Position numbers and translations under genes: made by a program. This document shows positions 41,813 to 50,991 of a stretch of 64,000 nucleotides of DNA, one piece after another. Each line of letters begins with the position of its first letter. Position 1 is the first letter of the stretch. The DNA is from Candidatus Woesebacteria bacterium RIFCSPLOWO2_01_FULL_39_23. GTDB taxonomy: Bacteria > Patescibacteriota > Microgenomatia > UBA8517. The notes below the pieces were generated by a model. The model saw nothing but the letters and a program-made list of their open reading frames with translations. It was not told the DNA's origin and made no database searches. The stretch is taken from NCBI GenBank assembly GCA_001793095.1, contig MGHG01000009.1, forward strand, positions 221,849-285,848. Direction: 5' to 3'.

Positions 41813-42967
41813 CTAACTTATCCAATAACCTCTTAAAAATAAAGAACAACTTATAAATAACATCAATAATGCCAGTAAACTCAGTAAAACTTTTGCGATC
41901 CGATGTCTTTTATCAAACCAACTCGCAATTAAAATAAATGCCGGAAAGAGAACTATAACGTATCTTGGAAGCGACGAAAAACTACCGGATAAGGTGGGAA
42001 TTAAAAATCCCAAAGTAAGGTATACTGCATAGCTTATCCTAAGACGGAAAAAGGAAATTAGCATCAATAAAGTAAATATAACCGCAACAATAAACTCCAT
42101 CCAGGCAGCCAAAACCGCCGGGAAATATTTATAAGAAACATTCGGCAGGACCTTAAATACATAGCGATAAAAAACCTGCGGTAAAGAAACAAATACACTT
42201 GACCTTTGCTGACCGAATATTGACACGTTGTGGAAAAATTCAAGCGGGTCGCCCGTTCGAATAAAAAGAAAGTACATATAAATAAAAATTCCCGAAACCG
42301 ACACTATTATCGAGAAAATAAATCGCCAAGAAAGTTTCTCCCTTTTCTTTCTATCCAGCATCCCTTCGGTAACTAAGGCAGGAATGAGCGCAACACCGGC
42401 AAGCCTTGTAATTGCTCCCAAACCACAAAGTAAACCCGCAAAAAGCCATTTTTTCTTCCGTGCAAAATAAAATGACCACACGACCAGCGCAAAAAAGAGC
42501 GATTCAGAATAGACGCTGCCGAAATAGAAAGAGGTCGGGAATATCAGAAGTAGGATATAGGTAAGTTTGGAAACACGTTCCCCAAAATCAGTCCTTAGAA
42601 GTTTATAAAGCCCTGTCGATCCGACAAGAAAAGACAAATTAGAAACTATTAATGCACTGTAGTTCAGATTCTCCAAACCTGCGCCGATAAAAATACTCAA
42701 TAATTTTGTTGCCAGCGGATAAAGCGGGAAGAAAAAATACGTTAAAGGTAAATAACCTTGATAGGCAATTGCAAGGAAATGCTCGCCGTCAAAGTTCGCC
42801 CAAGACCAAAGCCAGGGATTTTTTATATAACTCTCTAACCCTCCGCCCAAAAAGTCTTTCTGTAATGGAAATAAAAACGGAGCAATTATTAAAATTAAAA
42901 AAAGCCCAATTCTCCACATTAAAAAAGAAGTAATTATAAATTTGAGATCGCTCTTTCGAAGATTCAT
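41813..42967 (-). CDS. PIG-V/GT76-like polyprenol-P-mannose-dependent mannosyltransferase
   Basis: WANFDGEHFLAIA..GY, FFPLYP, FPTSFYF..VYSESLF, TR..G, SLPRY....FP; start at the ATGA overlap (42967). Confidence 0.85.
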   Translation of the reverse strand: MNLRKSDLKFIITSFLMWRIGLFLILIIAPFLFPLQKDFLGGGLESYIKNPWLWSWANFDGEHFLAIAYQGYLPLTYFFFPLYPLATKLLSIFIGAGLENLNYSALIVSNLSFLVGSTGLYKLLRTDFGERVSKLTYILLLIFPTSFYFGSVYSESLFFALVVWSFYFARKKKWLFAGLLCGLGAITRLAGVALIPALVTEGMLDRKKREKLSWRFIFSIIVSVSGIFIYMYFLFIRTGDPLEFFHNVSIFGQQRSSVFVSLPQVFYRYVFKVLPNVSYKYFPAVLAAWMEFIVAVIFTLLMLISFFRLRISYAVYLTLGFLIPTLSGSFSSLPRYVIVLFPAFILIASWFDKRHRIAKVLLSLLALLMLFISCSLFLRGYWIS

Positions 42968-44103
42968 GTATTCGGATTTTTTATGACGTTTAAATAAACG
43001 GCTAGAGTTGCTTTCGCGGTTTTTTGCCAAGTATACGTCTCAGAGACTTTGAAACCTCTTTTTATAAATTCTTCCCTTAATTTGTCACTATCAACCAAAT
43101 TCTTAATTTTTTCGGCAAAATCTTCCGGACTATCGGGATCAGCAATAAGCGCAGCGTCATGTGCAATTTCAACCAAGGCTTGTGTTTTAGATATCACGAC
43201 CGGAGTTCCACTAGCCATCGCCTCCAAAACAGGAAGACCAAACCCTTCATATAGTGATGGTTGGCAATAAACAGTCGCAAGATTATATATACAATTAAGA
43301 TCTTCGTCGGAGACAAAACCCAACCTCTTTACCGATGGGTTTTTATTAATTTCGTCTAGTAACATCTTGTAATGCGCTTTCTCAGGGTGAGGTCGGTTTA
43401 ATAAAAATCTTAACCAATCCCTCGGTCCTTTTATTGCTTTGAGGTCCGTTTTCAGATTCCTTTCAATTTCCGAAGCGTGCTTGCCGACAATAACCAGGGG
43501 GACTCTTGCAATATCACACGCTTTTACTAAAACTGGAATGTTTTTATTGTAATTAACATCACCCACATATAAAACAAACTTTTTGGACAAACCAAATTCT
43601 TTTTTTATTCTCGCCAACTTATTGCGGTCTTTTAAGGGTTTAAAAACGTTTTTTGCGGCAAGATATGCCACTTTTATTTTACTTTCGTTAATTCCCAATA
43701 ATCTGACAATATCTTTCTTTGTTGTTTCAGTATCGGTAATAATCGCACTTGCCCGCTTTATTAACAGTTTTTGAATTAGGAAATTTATACGCCCCTTAAT
43801 ACCAGGGGGATAGTGTTTAGGGTAAAGCAGATAAATAAGATCGTGCACCGTAACTATCAGTTTTCCCCGATATTTAATTGGAACTGTCAAAAAGTAAGGA
43901 TTAAAAAAACTCGAGTGAATCAAATCGTACCTTCCGCTGTTTAATAATTTAGCGTTTGTCAAGAAATCGAAATCATCAATGATTAATCTTTCCAAACCGC
44001 TTCTTTCTCTCGATAACGCGTTTAATATCTCGCTCGTGTAAAATCCCACACCTCTTACAGCGTGCCCACTTTTTAATGGTCCGCTGTCAAAAGCAATTCG
44101 CAT
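42964..44103 (-). CDS. GT4 glycosyltransferase
   Basis: RGVGFY, TVHDL, NKNIP, PSLYEGFGLPVLEAMASG. Confidence 0.93.
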   Translation of the reverse strand: MRIAFDSGPLKSGHAVRGVGFYTSEILNALSRERSGLERLIIDDFDFLTNAKLLNSGRYDLIHSSFFNPYFLTVPIKYRGKLIVTVHDLIYLLYPKHYPPGIKGRINFLIQKLLIKRASAIITDTETTKKDIVRLLGINESKIKVAYLAAKNVFKPLKDRNKLARIKKEFGLSKKFVLYVGDVNYNKNIPVLVKACDIARVPLVIVGKHASEIERNLKTDLKAIKGPRDWLRFLLNRPHPEKAHYKMLLDEINKNPSVKRLGFVSDEDLNCIYNLATVYCQPSLYEGFGLPVLEAMASGTPVVISKTQALVEIAHDAALIADPDSPEDFAEKIKNLVDSDKLREEFIKRGFKVSETYTWQKTAKATLAVYLNVIKNPNT

Positions 44104-44109
44104 TAATTA

Positions 44110-44115
44110 ATTTTA
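44110..44115 (-). promoter_or_regulatory. Putative -10 box 6 nt before ATG
   Basis: TAAAAT-taatta-ATG(44103). Confidence 0.55.
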
Positions 44116-44145
44116 CAGCTTATTTCATTCCCTTGAAATGAGAAG

Positions 44146-44883
44146 CTAGATGGCACCCTCTTCTTTACCTTTGTAATCTGAAGGATATATCTCAATTTCT
44201 TCCTGAAAATCGTCGTTTTTCAATATTTCGACAAATTTTTTTGCAACCCACTCGGGCGTAAAATACGCTTTACCTTTTAGATTTTCTTCCTTCTTTTCCT
44301 CCAAAGTCATTGGCCCAAACTCAGTTAGCGTGCTCCCAAGTGCAATATGAATAAAATGGATATTAGTATTCTTAAACTCAGCCGCCAGTGACATTGTCAT
44401 ACCCCTAAGAGCATATTTTGTCGCGCAATAAACACTCCTGCATGCTGTCGGAATTTTTCCCATTCCTGAGCCGATATTGATAATCACCGATTTCTCGCTT
44501 TTTTTGAGAAGAGGTAAAAGGGATTTTGTTAAAAAGAAAGGCGCAGTAACATTTATTGCCATAGAATCCTGCCATTCTCGGTACTCAACGTCTTCAATGT
44601 TTTTGTATATACCAACTCCCGCCGCGTTTATCAAAATATCAATATGGTCATTCTCTTCAATTATCTTCTTACACAAATCTTCAGTTTCATCAACTCTTGT
44701 GAAGTCAAACGCATAGTATTTGTGACCTTGTCCTTGAAGTTTGGTTAACAGAAGTTCAAGTTTTTCACTCGTTCTGGCAATTAAAATAAGTTTTGCGCCG
44801 GCATTTGCCAATACCTGAGATAAGGCACTCCCAATCCCACCCGTTGCCCCTGTTAGTACTACTTTTTCGTCTTTCAAATCCAT
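44146..44883 (-). CDS. Classical short-chain dehydrogenase/reductase
   Basis: TGATGGIG, INAAG, S...YCATK. Confidence 0.93.
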   Translation of the reverse strand: MDLKDEKVVLTGATGGIGSALSQVLANAGAKLILIARTSEKLELLLTKLQGQGHKYYAFDFTRVDETEDLCKKIIEENDHIDILINAAGVGIYKNIEDVEYREWQDSMAINVTAPFFLTKSLLPLLKKSEKSVIINIGSGMGKIPTACRSVYCATKYALRGMTMSLAAEFKNTNIHFIHIALGSTLTEFGPMTLEEKKEENLKGKAYFTPEWVAKKFVEILKNDDFQEEIEIYPSDYKGKEEGAI

Positions 44884-44941
44884 AAATTATTTCTCGAAAA
44901 AACCCATACTTCCAGGATACCACCATCCTTCCCCCTTTTGA

Positions 44942-44968
44942 ACCTTGTAAGGTCTCACCTTTAAAGGT
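44942..44968. repeat. Family-A REP-like repeat, left flank of RAYT
   Basis: ACCTTGTAAGGT-CTC-ACCTTTAAAGGT. Confidence 0.92.
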
Positions 44969-44978
44969 AGCATAGAGT

Positions 44979-45659
44979 ATGCCTGCTAAAAATGTGGTAA
45001 AAACCTATATCAATAATGGCATCTATCATATTTACAACCGTGGTGTAGAAAAAAGAAAAATATTCCAAGATAAACAGGATTATAATATTTTTCTGAACTA
45101 TATTAAGGAATATTTAAGTCCGCCGCCTGATATAAGTCAGTTAAAAACTCAATTCATTTTGCAAGGTGAGACCTTTAAAGGTCTACGAAGGTTACCACGT
45201 AATTATTATAAAAAAATTACTCTGATAGCTTACTGTTTACTTCCAAACCACTTTCATCTATTAATAAACCAAAACTCCACAGATGACATGCAAGAATTTA
45301 TTAGATCACTTTGTACTAGATACTCAATATATTTCAATAAAAAATACGACAGAGTGGGCGGACTGTTTCAGGGTCCATATAAAGCTGTTATTGTTACTGA
45401 GGATAATTATTTGCTCCATCTAAGTCGATACATACACCTTAATCCAAAGGATTACACAAAAGATATTATTAACACTTATTCTTCTTATGCCGAATATATG
45501 GGCCTAAGGAGGACGGAATGGGTAAAACCAGATATTGTGCTGGGTTTTTTCAACAACCCAGCTACACAAGAACTTATCAAAACTAATAATTATCGAGATT
45601 TTGTGGAAAAATACATTAAAGATTCTGAAGCGATTCTAGGTAATATGACACTTGAATGA
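44979..45659 (+). CDS. REP-associated tyrosine (Y1 HUH) transposase
   Basis: YHIYNRG, IF....DY..FL, AYCLLPNHFHLL (HUH), FNKKY.RVGGLFQGPY, RYIHLNP (catalytic Tyr), YSSY. Confidence 0.93.
   Translation: MPAKNVVKTYINNGIYHIYNRGVEKRKIFQDKQDYNIFLNYIKEYLSPPPDISQLKTQFILQGETFKGLRRLPRNYYKKITLIAYCLLPNHFHLLINQNSTDDMQEFIRSLCTRYSIYFNKKYDRVGGLFQGPYKAVIVTEDNYLLHLSRYIHLNPKDYTKDIINTYSSYAEYMGLRRTEWVKPDIVLGFFNNPATQELIKTNNYRDFVEKYIKDSEAILGNMTLE
45156..45182. repeat. Family-A repeat in frame inside the RAYT gene
   Basis: ATTTTGCAAGGT-GAG-ACCTTTAAAGGT; encodes ILQGETFKG. Confidence 0.88.
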
Positions 45660-45664
45660 TCTTA

Positions 45665-45688
45665 TTGTAAGGTCTCACCTTTAAAGGT
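45665..45688. repeat. Family-A REP-like repeat, right flank of RAYT
   Basis: TTGTAAGGT-CTC-ACCTTTAAAGGT. Confidence 0.92.
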
Positions 45689-45699
45689 TAACTACTGCT

Positions 45700-46057
45700 T
45701 TATCTTTTAAACTCATTTTTTGAAACGACAACGCTAATTTCAATTTTTTGCTCCGAGGGGAAGTTTTTTTACTGCGACAACAAACCTGGCCGGGTACAGC
45801 TTTACAAGGTGTTTTATATATTCATCATTAAATTCCTGATAATTTTCCATATCAGTTAGAAAAACTTGTGCAAAGACAATATTTGAAGCATCTAATCCTG
45901 CATACTTTAACTCTACCAAAATATTATTCATTGTCTGAGATATTCTTTCCGCAATCATTCCTTCTAACACTTTCCCTCGGGGTGTAAATTCAATTTTTCC
46001 AGAAAAGAAAACCAAATCTTTTGTCTCGATAAATGGAGTAAATGGTAAATCTGCCAT
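45700..46057 (-). pseudogene. Rid/YjgF family protein with frameshift near the 3' end
   Basis: FFSG, VFLTDM, YPAR, LPLGAK then premature TGA; removing one A from the A6 run (45744-45749) restores AKIEISVVVSKNEFKR*. Confidence 0.75.
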
Positions 46058-46064
46058 AGTTAGT

Positions 46065-47009
46065 TTAATCAACTCTGTTTTGAGGTTTACCTTTAGCTAA
46101 AGCGACAATATTATCTACCCAAATCTTATATAAATTTTCCAGAGCTTCTTTGGTATACCATGCAAACCCTTTAAAACCAACCGCATTTTCAAGTTTTGCC
46201 AGAGGTGTGTGAACTAAGTCTTCTCCTTCGTACACGTAAGTATCAACCTTTCCTGACTTCAAGGCTTGAGCCATCGCCTTCTCGCCAACCAACTCCCTAT
46301 CCACGGTATTTACAATAATTACACCTCTTTTCAATTTTGCAATTTCCGATTTTCCAATCATGTTATTATTTGATACCTCGTGAGTAGCATTCAAAGAAAT
46401 CATATCGGATTCTCTTAACAGCTGGTTTAAAGAAACCATCTTTACCCCTTTCATCTTTTTTGGAGATCGATTATAGGCAATAACATTCATGCCAATTCCA
46501 GTACCAAGCTCTGCAACTCTGCTTCCAATATTTCCCAAACCTATGATACCAAGAGTTTTACCTTTCAGTTCAAACCCCTGCACCAGTTCATATTTTCCTT
46601 TTTGAGTCTTTCTATCAGAAATAAAAATTCTCTTTGCTGCACCAAGAAGAAATACTATCGCCTGCTCTGCAACCGATTCTTTCGAGTAACCTGGAATATT
46701 ACTAACGGGAATTTTGTGTTTCTTACACCAATCCTAGTCAACCCAACCAAAAGAAGTTGTCGATAAACAAACTCCTTTTAAACCAGGTACAGATGCCATT
46801 ATTTTAGTTAACTTTTCTTTTGCTTTCTCAAAACCGCCCAGAGGATCAGGGTCTACACCTATAATATCTACGTCTTTAGCCATTTCTAATAACTTATTCT
46901 CCTGTAGTGCCTCTCTGGTTTTTGTGTAAGATACTTTACCGAGCGAGGATAGTTTTTTCTGAAGTTCGGGGGAGAAACTTGATTGAGGATTAAATATAAC
47001 TATCTTCAT
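46065..47009 (-). pseudogene. D-2-hydroxyacid dehydrogenase interrupted by one in-frame TAG
   Basis: GWVD-TAG(46734-46736)-DWCKKHKIPVSNIPGYSKESVAE... continues in frame to ELKGKTLGIIGLGNIG; 314 aa if repaired. Confidence 0.85.
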
Positions 47010-47015
47010 AATCGT

Positions 47016-47024
47016 ACTATAGCA
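47016..47024 (-). promoter_or_regulatory. Extended -10 box 6 nt before ATG
   Basis: TGcTATAGT-acgatt-ATG(47009). Confidence 0.6.
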
Positions 47025-47128
47025 CTCTAAATCAAAAAGTAAATGCAACTAAATATTTTCAGTAAATCAACTTGCAAAAATCACCATGCCCGTGCATATC
47101 AAGATTACATTATTTTCGAATACGACTA

Positions 47129-48022
47129 TCATTTCCTCTTACTATTAAGAGACCAATACTTAAAATATGAAATCGGATAGTGAAGGGAAGAAAACGTGCT
47201 CCAAAGAAAGCCGCGTATGCCGTCCATAAACCCGCGATGTCTCACATATAGACTTACAAATGTAAGAGCGGGTTTGTATAAAGTATAAAGAATTAAGAAG
47301 TATGCATTTTTAGGGACACGCCTGTCTTTTAAATCCTGCGCATGTAAATCAGTATAGCGGTTCATACGCTCTAAATATCTCCTTAATGTTGGTGAGTCGT
47401 GGTGTTCCAAATCATGAAATAACCAACCGACTTCCCCATCAACCTCCATTAGCTCATGAACAGATTTTCCCGGTAGTCTTGCTTTTCCTTTCTTAAAAAG
47501 ACGTATTACCCCGTCTGGATAAACCCCGGCGTGAATTAAAGGCTTACCCAAGAAATAATTTAGTCGGGGTATGAAAAAAGCCACCACTTCTCCTGTGTGG
47601 CTACCCAGTGCACCTTCACGCTGCCTGATTAATCCCTCGTGTCTCCTGAATAACCTCTCCTTGTCACCCCTAACTCGTTTCGGAACCGATTCTGAAATAA
47701 ATTCAGCATGACGGTCTGTTAATACAGATTTAATTTCTTTCGCTAAGTCAGGTGTTACAACTTCGTCGGCATCGAGCTGCAAAATCCACTCCCCCGTCGC
47801 TTTATCTATGGCCTTTTGCTTCGTAATATGAAAATTCGTCTCGTAATGAAATTCATATACTTTAGCACCATAGGATTTAGCAATTTCAACCGTATCATCT
47901 GTAGAATATTGATCGGCCACTATAATCTCATCGGCTAAATTCTTTACCGAATTTAGACCCCGATCGAGATTTTGCTCTTCGTTCAAAACCGCTAAGACAA
48001 CTGATATTTTTTGTCTAGTCAT
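47129..48022 (-). CDS. GT2 glycosyltransferase (KdtX/WaaE-like) with in-frame repeat pair
   Basis: LNEE, DEIIVAD..STDDT, WILQLDADE, PRLNYFLG, YPD...RLF, VHE. Confidence 0.92.
   Translation of the reverse strand: MTRQKISVVLAVLNEEQNLDRGLNSVKNLADEIIVADQYSTDDTVEIAKSYGAKVYEFHYETNFHITKQKAIDKATGEWILQLDADEVVTPDLAKEIKSVLTDRHAEFISESVPKRVRGDKERLFRRHEGLIRQREGALGSHTGEVVAFFIPRLNYFLGKPLIHAGVYPDGVIRLFKKGKARLPGKSVHELMEVDGEVGWLFHDLEHHDSPTLRRYLERMNRYTDLHAQDLKDRRVPKNAYFLILYTLYKPALTFVSLYVRHRGFMDGIRGFLWSTFSSLHYPISYFKYWSLNSKRK
47663..47712. repeat. Inverted pair of 25-bp GTCA-hairpin REP units (family D) in frame
   Basis: GTCACCCCTAACTCGTTTCGGAACC followed by GATTCTGAAATAAATTCAGCATGAC; encodes RHAEFISESVPKRVRGD. 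Confidence 0.8.
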
Positions 48023-49289
48023 GAATTATTAACTTCGCCACCTCTAGTCCATTTTCTACCGCATAATTAGTACCCCTGTCCCACGGATACACCTGCTGAA
48101 TATTGGATAAATATAAGCCTTGGATCGGTGTCACAAACGGTGGAATAGACTTCGAATAATTTAAAGGAAGTATCGGTTGTGCAAAAGGCGTTTTGAATAC
48201 ATAAATATTATTTATCCATGACTTTCGAAACTTCGGATTAATTTTATTTAGATACGGATAAAAAATACCGAATAATTCATCATCAGTTTTTTGAAAATAG
48301 TCATGATTATGAGGCAGGTAGTTACCTATGTACATTAAATGCGCGTTATCATAATACTCTTTATTCATATAATTCGTGTGTTCGACCACTGCTAAGAAGG
48401 GGAAGTTTAAATCGTTAATATTTAACCAATAAGTTCCATCCTCTAAAAATTGATGCTTCAAAGAAATCACCATATTTATCGCACCCAAACCTTTGAGCGG
48501 AGACAACTTTGCTTTATAGTTTATTGGTAAATCCACGGCCATTTTTAGAAAAAGAGGTGTCGGGAGCGTGCAGATTACTTTATCGAATTCATATTTTCCA
48601 TTTCCAGTTGTAATCGTTATTTTTCCATTCTCTTCTGAGATTTTATAAACCGACGTATTATAAAAGATCTTGCCGTCATTTTTTCTTATTACTGTATCGA
48701 GTCTTTCCGCAAAAGCCAAAAATCCCCCCTTAGGATAACCGAGCGAGCTACTTCTTTTATTAATTCTTGTCCAAAACCATGCAGCAGAAATCTCATCCGC
48801 ATAGTTACCAAACTTTTTCTCAAAGAGCGGTTGCCATAAAACCTTCCATGAGGTGTTACCCATGTATTTAGTTAAAAAAGATTTCGCTGTGATTTTTTCA
48901 AGTTTCTCCCAATCACGAATCATTTTCAAATATGCAATTACTGCACCAGTTCTTATGCGTTCCCGAAGAGGAAGAGCGGTAAATTTCATGAGGCTCATCG
49001 GAGTATCAAGTTGATAAATTTTCCCATGATAATACGTGGATGTTTTAGGTTGTAAGTAAATTAATTCTTGTCCGATCTCTTCAGCTAAATTTCTTATTGC
49101 CCAGTCTGAATAGAACAAATGATGGTAGTGTTTCTCAATAGTCCATTTCCACTTTGGCTCTTTAAAACCGATTGCAAGCCCACCCGGTTTTGTGTCTGCT
49201 TCAAAAACAGTTACATCACTACCTCCTTGTGCAAGTTTGTATGCACTGGCCAATCCCCCGAAACCTGCACCGATAATAGCAACTTTCAT
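48015..49289 (-). CDS. FAD-dependent oxidoreductase (HemY/amine-oxidase/UGM-like)
   Basis: VAIIGAGFGGL..AY, FE....GGLA, YHH.F, GYPKGG, YWLN, YPWDRGTNYAV; true start MKV at 49289 (the MLNLFQYP extension is a repeat). Confidence 0.88.
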   Translation of the reverse strand: MKVAIIGAGFGGLASAYKLAQGGSDVTVFEADTKPGGLAIGFKEPKWKWTIEKHYHHLFYSDWAIRNLAEEIGQELIYLQPKTSTYYHGKIYQLDTPMSLMKFTALPLRERIRTGAVIAYLKMIRDWEKLEKITAKSFLTKYMGNTSWKVLWQPLFEKKFGNYADEISAAWFWTRINKRSSSLGYPKGGFLAFAERLDTVIRKNDGKIFYNTSVYKISEENGKITITTGNGKYEFDKVICTLPTPLFLKMAVDLPINYKAKLSPLKGLGAINMVISLKHQFLEDGTYWLNINDLNFPFLAVVEHTNYMNKEYYDNAHLMYIGNYLPHNHDYFQKTDDELFGIFYPYLNKINPKFRKSWINNIYVFKTPFAQPILPLNYSKSIPPFVTPIQGLYLSNIQQVYPWDRGTNYAVENGLEVAKLIIHD

Positions 49290-49291
49290 AG

Positions 49292-49316
49292 GATACTGAA
49301 ACAAGTTCAGCATGAC
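49292..49316. repeat. Family-D REP unit, intergenic
   Basis: GATACTGAAACAAGTTCAGCATGAC; 22/25 identical to 47688-47712. Confidence 0.88.
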
Positions 49317-49323
49317 ATTAGCG

Positions 49324-50991
49324 TCAATTCGCTACTGCTTGAAAATATTTATATCCGTTTGTTCCATAAATTTCTTGAACAATGTTAGCTTCATTAGGTA
49401 TCTCTTCGTCTGTTCCGATTATAAGGCTTTTTGGGTAAGTAAGCCTATCTCTATCCCAATTTATGGATAAAAAGTGGTATTTGTCAAAACTTCTGACGGT
49501 CGAGAATTCATATGCGTCGCGGGGAGTTAAGTTGTGTTCTTTTTGAAATCTTGCCGGTGGGTATTTAAAATAGAAAAGAAACAAAATATAGGGCTGGTCA
49601 TACCTGTCAGTAACGACGATATTGTCATATCTATCCTGATTCTCTTTGACAAAAGTAACGAGTTCCTTTATACCGTACTGCGATGAATAAGGATACTCTT
49701 TAGACATATGATACCAGTACATATTTAAGTACCTTGAAAAACTCCAAATTCCCAAAAGTCCAAATACCAAAAAACCAGTAACCCCTAACCATTTCAGCTT
49801 TACGGTTGATAATCTATTTAAAGAGTATGCGAATCCAAAAGCAGTTATTATAGTCAGTGGAATGACCATATTTTGACTGCGCAACGCATGAGGAGATTGA
49901 AAAGTGAGAGCCGCAGCAGTCGGAGCAATTAATAACCACCATAGAATTAGGTAGTAGGGCTTAGTATGTAGGGAGTAGGTCCTGAAAAAATAAATTAATC
50001 CCAAGATAATAAATAGAATGTCAAATAAATACATTTGCCCTGTTTCGGGTACGGCGTTTCTTTGAATTACATCTCCCGATATAAATAGAAATCCACCACT
50101 ATAGTGATCACTCCAATTCTCTAAAAATGCTAAGCCGTAATTAACCGGTCTATTGTGTAAGAATAATGCTGGAAGTCCTCTAATATTCTCGTGTTCGCCG
50201 CGTTGTTCGTTTATTCTGGCCAGCGGGCCGGGATCTGACAAAAGCCCCACACCGGCAGCCCGGGAGGCTACGTCCCCTTTTATTAAATCCAACCCGAGGG
50301 GGATGAGAAGCAAGAATGCAATAGTACCTGTTATTGCGATCTGTTTAATATTTTTACGTATTTCATATCTGTAAATAACAAGTAGTCCAAAAAGTAAAAG
50401 CGGAACGACAACCCGAGCTGCATGATATGTGTATAAAGAAAGCACAAAACTAAGTGCTGATAACATTAAGAGTGGCAAGCTGCCCTTGCCTTTCAAAAAT
50501 AACCACAAACCCAAAACCATAAAAAAGGTTGCGACATTTACTTCCCAACCTCCCCGGGAAAAATGAATATGCCACGGCGAGATTGCGAGTATCAGCGATG
50601 CAATCGAAGCCAGTACATCAGCATTCATCTGTTTATGGATCTGCGTAAATCCTTCCCTAAATAACTCCTTAACTAATAAATACATTAGTAAAACGGTTAA
50701 TACACCCAACATAGCACCCGGAATCCTTACAGCCCATTCGTTCAAACCCAGTACTTTGACGAATGGAACAACCATATAAAAATAAAGTCCTGGTTTATAA
50801 TCATTGAAGGATTGAAAGTGTATCGGCCAAGGATTACCGTGTTCGTCACGACCGGTTTGAATTAACGAATATGCATTATAACCTATTGCCGCCTCATCGG
50901 CATTTAGTGCAGGATAAGAATTTAATTTATAGAATCTCAAAACAAAAGCCAAAATAATAATCAGAATTAAGACTAGTTTATTTTTATTCAT
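49324..50991 (-). CDS. ArnT/PMT_2-like GT-C glycosyltransferase (paralog set P)
   Basis: DEAAIGYNAYSL..TGRDEHG, FNDYKP, VRIP, SPWHIHFSR..WE, YTY..AR. Confidence 0.88.
   Translation of the reverse strand: MNKNKLVLILIIILAFVLRFYKLNSYPALNADEAAIGYNAYSLIQTGRDEHGNPWPIHFQSFNDYKPGLYFYMVVPFVKVLGLNEWAVRIPGAMLGVLTVLLMYLLVKELFREGFTQIHKQMNADVLASIASLILAISPWHIHFSRGGWEVNVATFFMVLGLWLFLKGKGSLPLLMLSALSFVLSLYTYHAARVVVPLLLFGLLVIYRYEIRKNIKQIAITGTIAFLLLIPLGLDLIKGDVASRAAGVGLLSDPGPLARINEQRGEHENIRGLPALFLHNRPVNYGLAFLENWSDHYSGGFLFISGDVIQRNAVPETGQMYLFDILFIILGLIYFFRTYSLHTKPYYLILWWLLIAPTAAALTFQSPHALRSQNMVIPLTIITAFGFAYSLNRLSTVKLKWLGVTGFLVFGLLGIWSFSRYLNMYWYHMSKEYPYSSQYGIKELVTFVKENQDRYDNIVVTDRYDQPYILFLFYFKYPPARFQKEHNLTPRDAYEFSTVRSFDKYHFLSINWDRDRLTYPKSLIIGTDEEIPNEANIVQEIYGTNGYKYFQAVAN

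Larger units (their letters stand above)
44945..45688 (+). mobile_element. RAYT module bounded by 24-bp perfect direct repeats
   Basis: TTGTAAGGTCTCACCTTTAAAGGT at 44945-44968 and 45665-45688 around a Y1 HUH gene. Confidence 0.8.

Noticed and set aside
44942-45688. Family-A repeats as a CRISPR array
   Set aside because: Spacing is irregular (about 200 and 500 bp), one copy is coding, there are no unique 30-40-bp spacers and no cas genes
46734-46736. Amber recoding or pyrrolysine
   Set aside because: TAG is a normal terminator for many genes here (e.g. 1339, 5411, 12460, 36611, 37553, 44146, 48015); only one internal case
49290-49313. MLNLFQYP as the true N-terminus of the oxidoreductase
   Set aside because: It is encoded by a REP unit; the Rossmann motif begins at MKVAIIG
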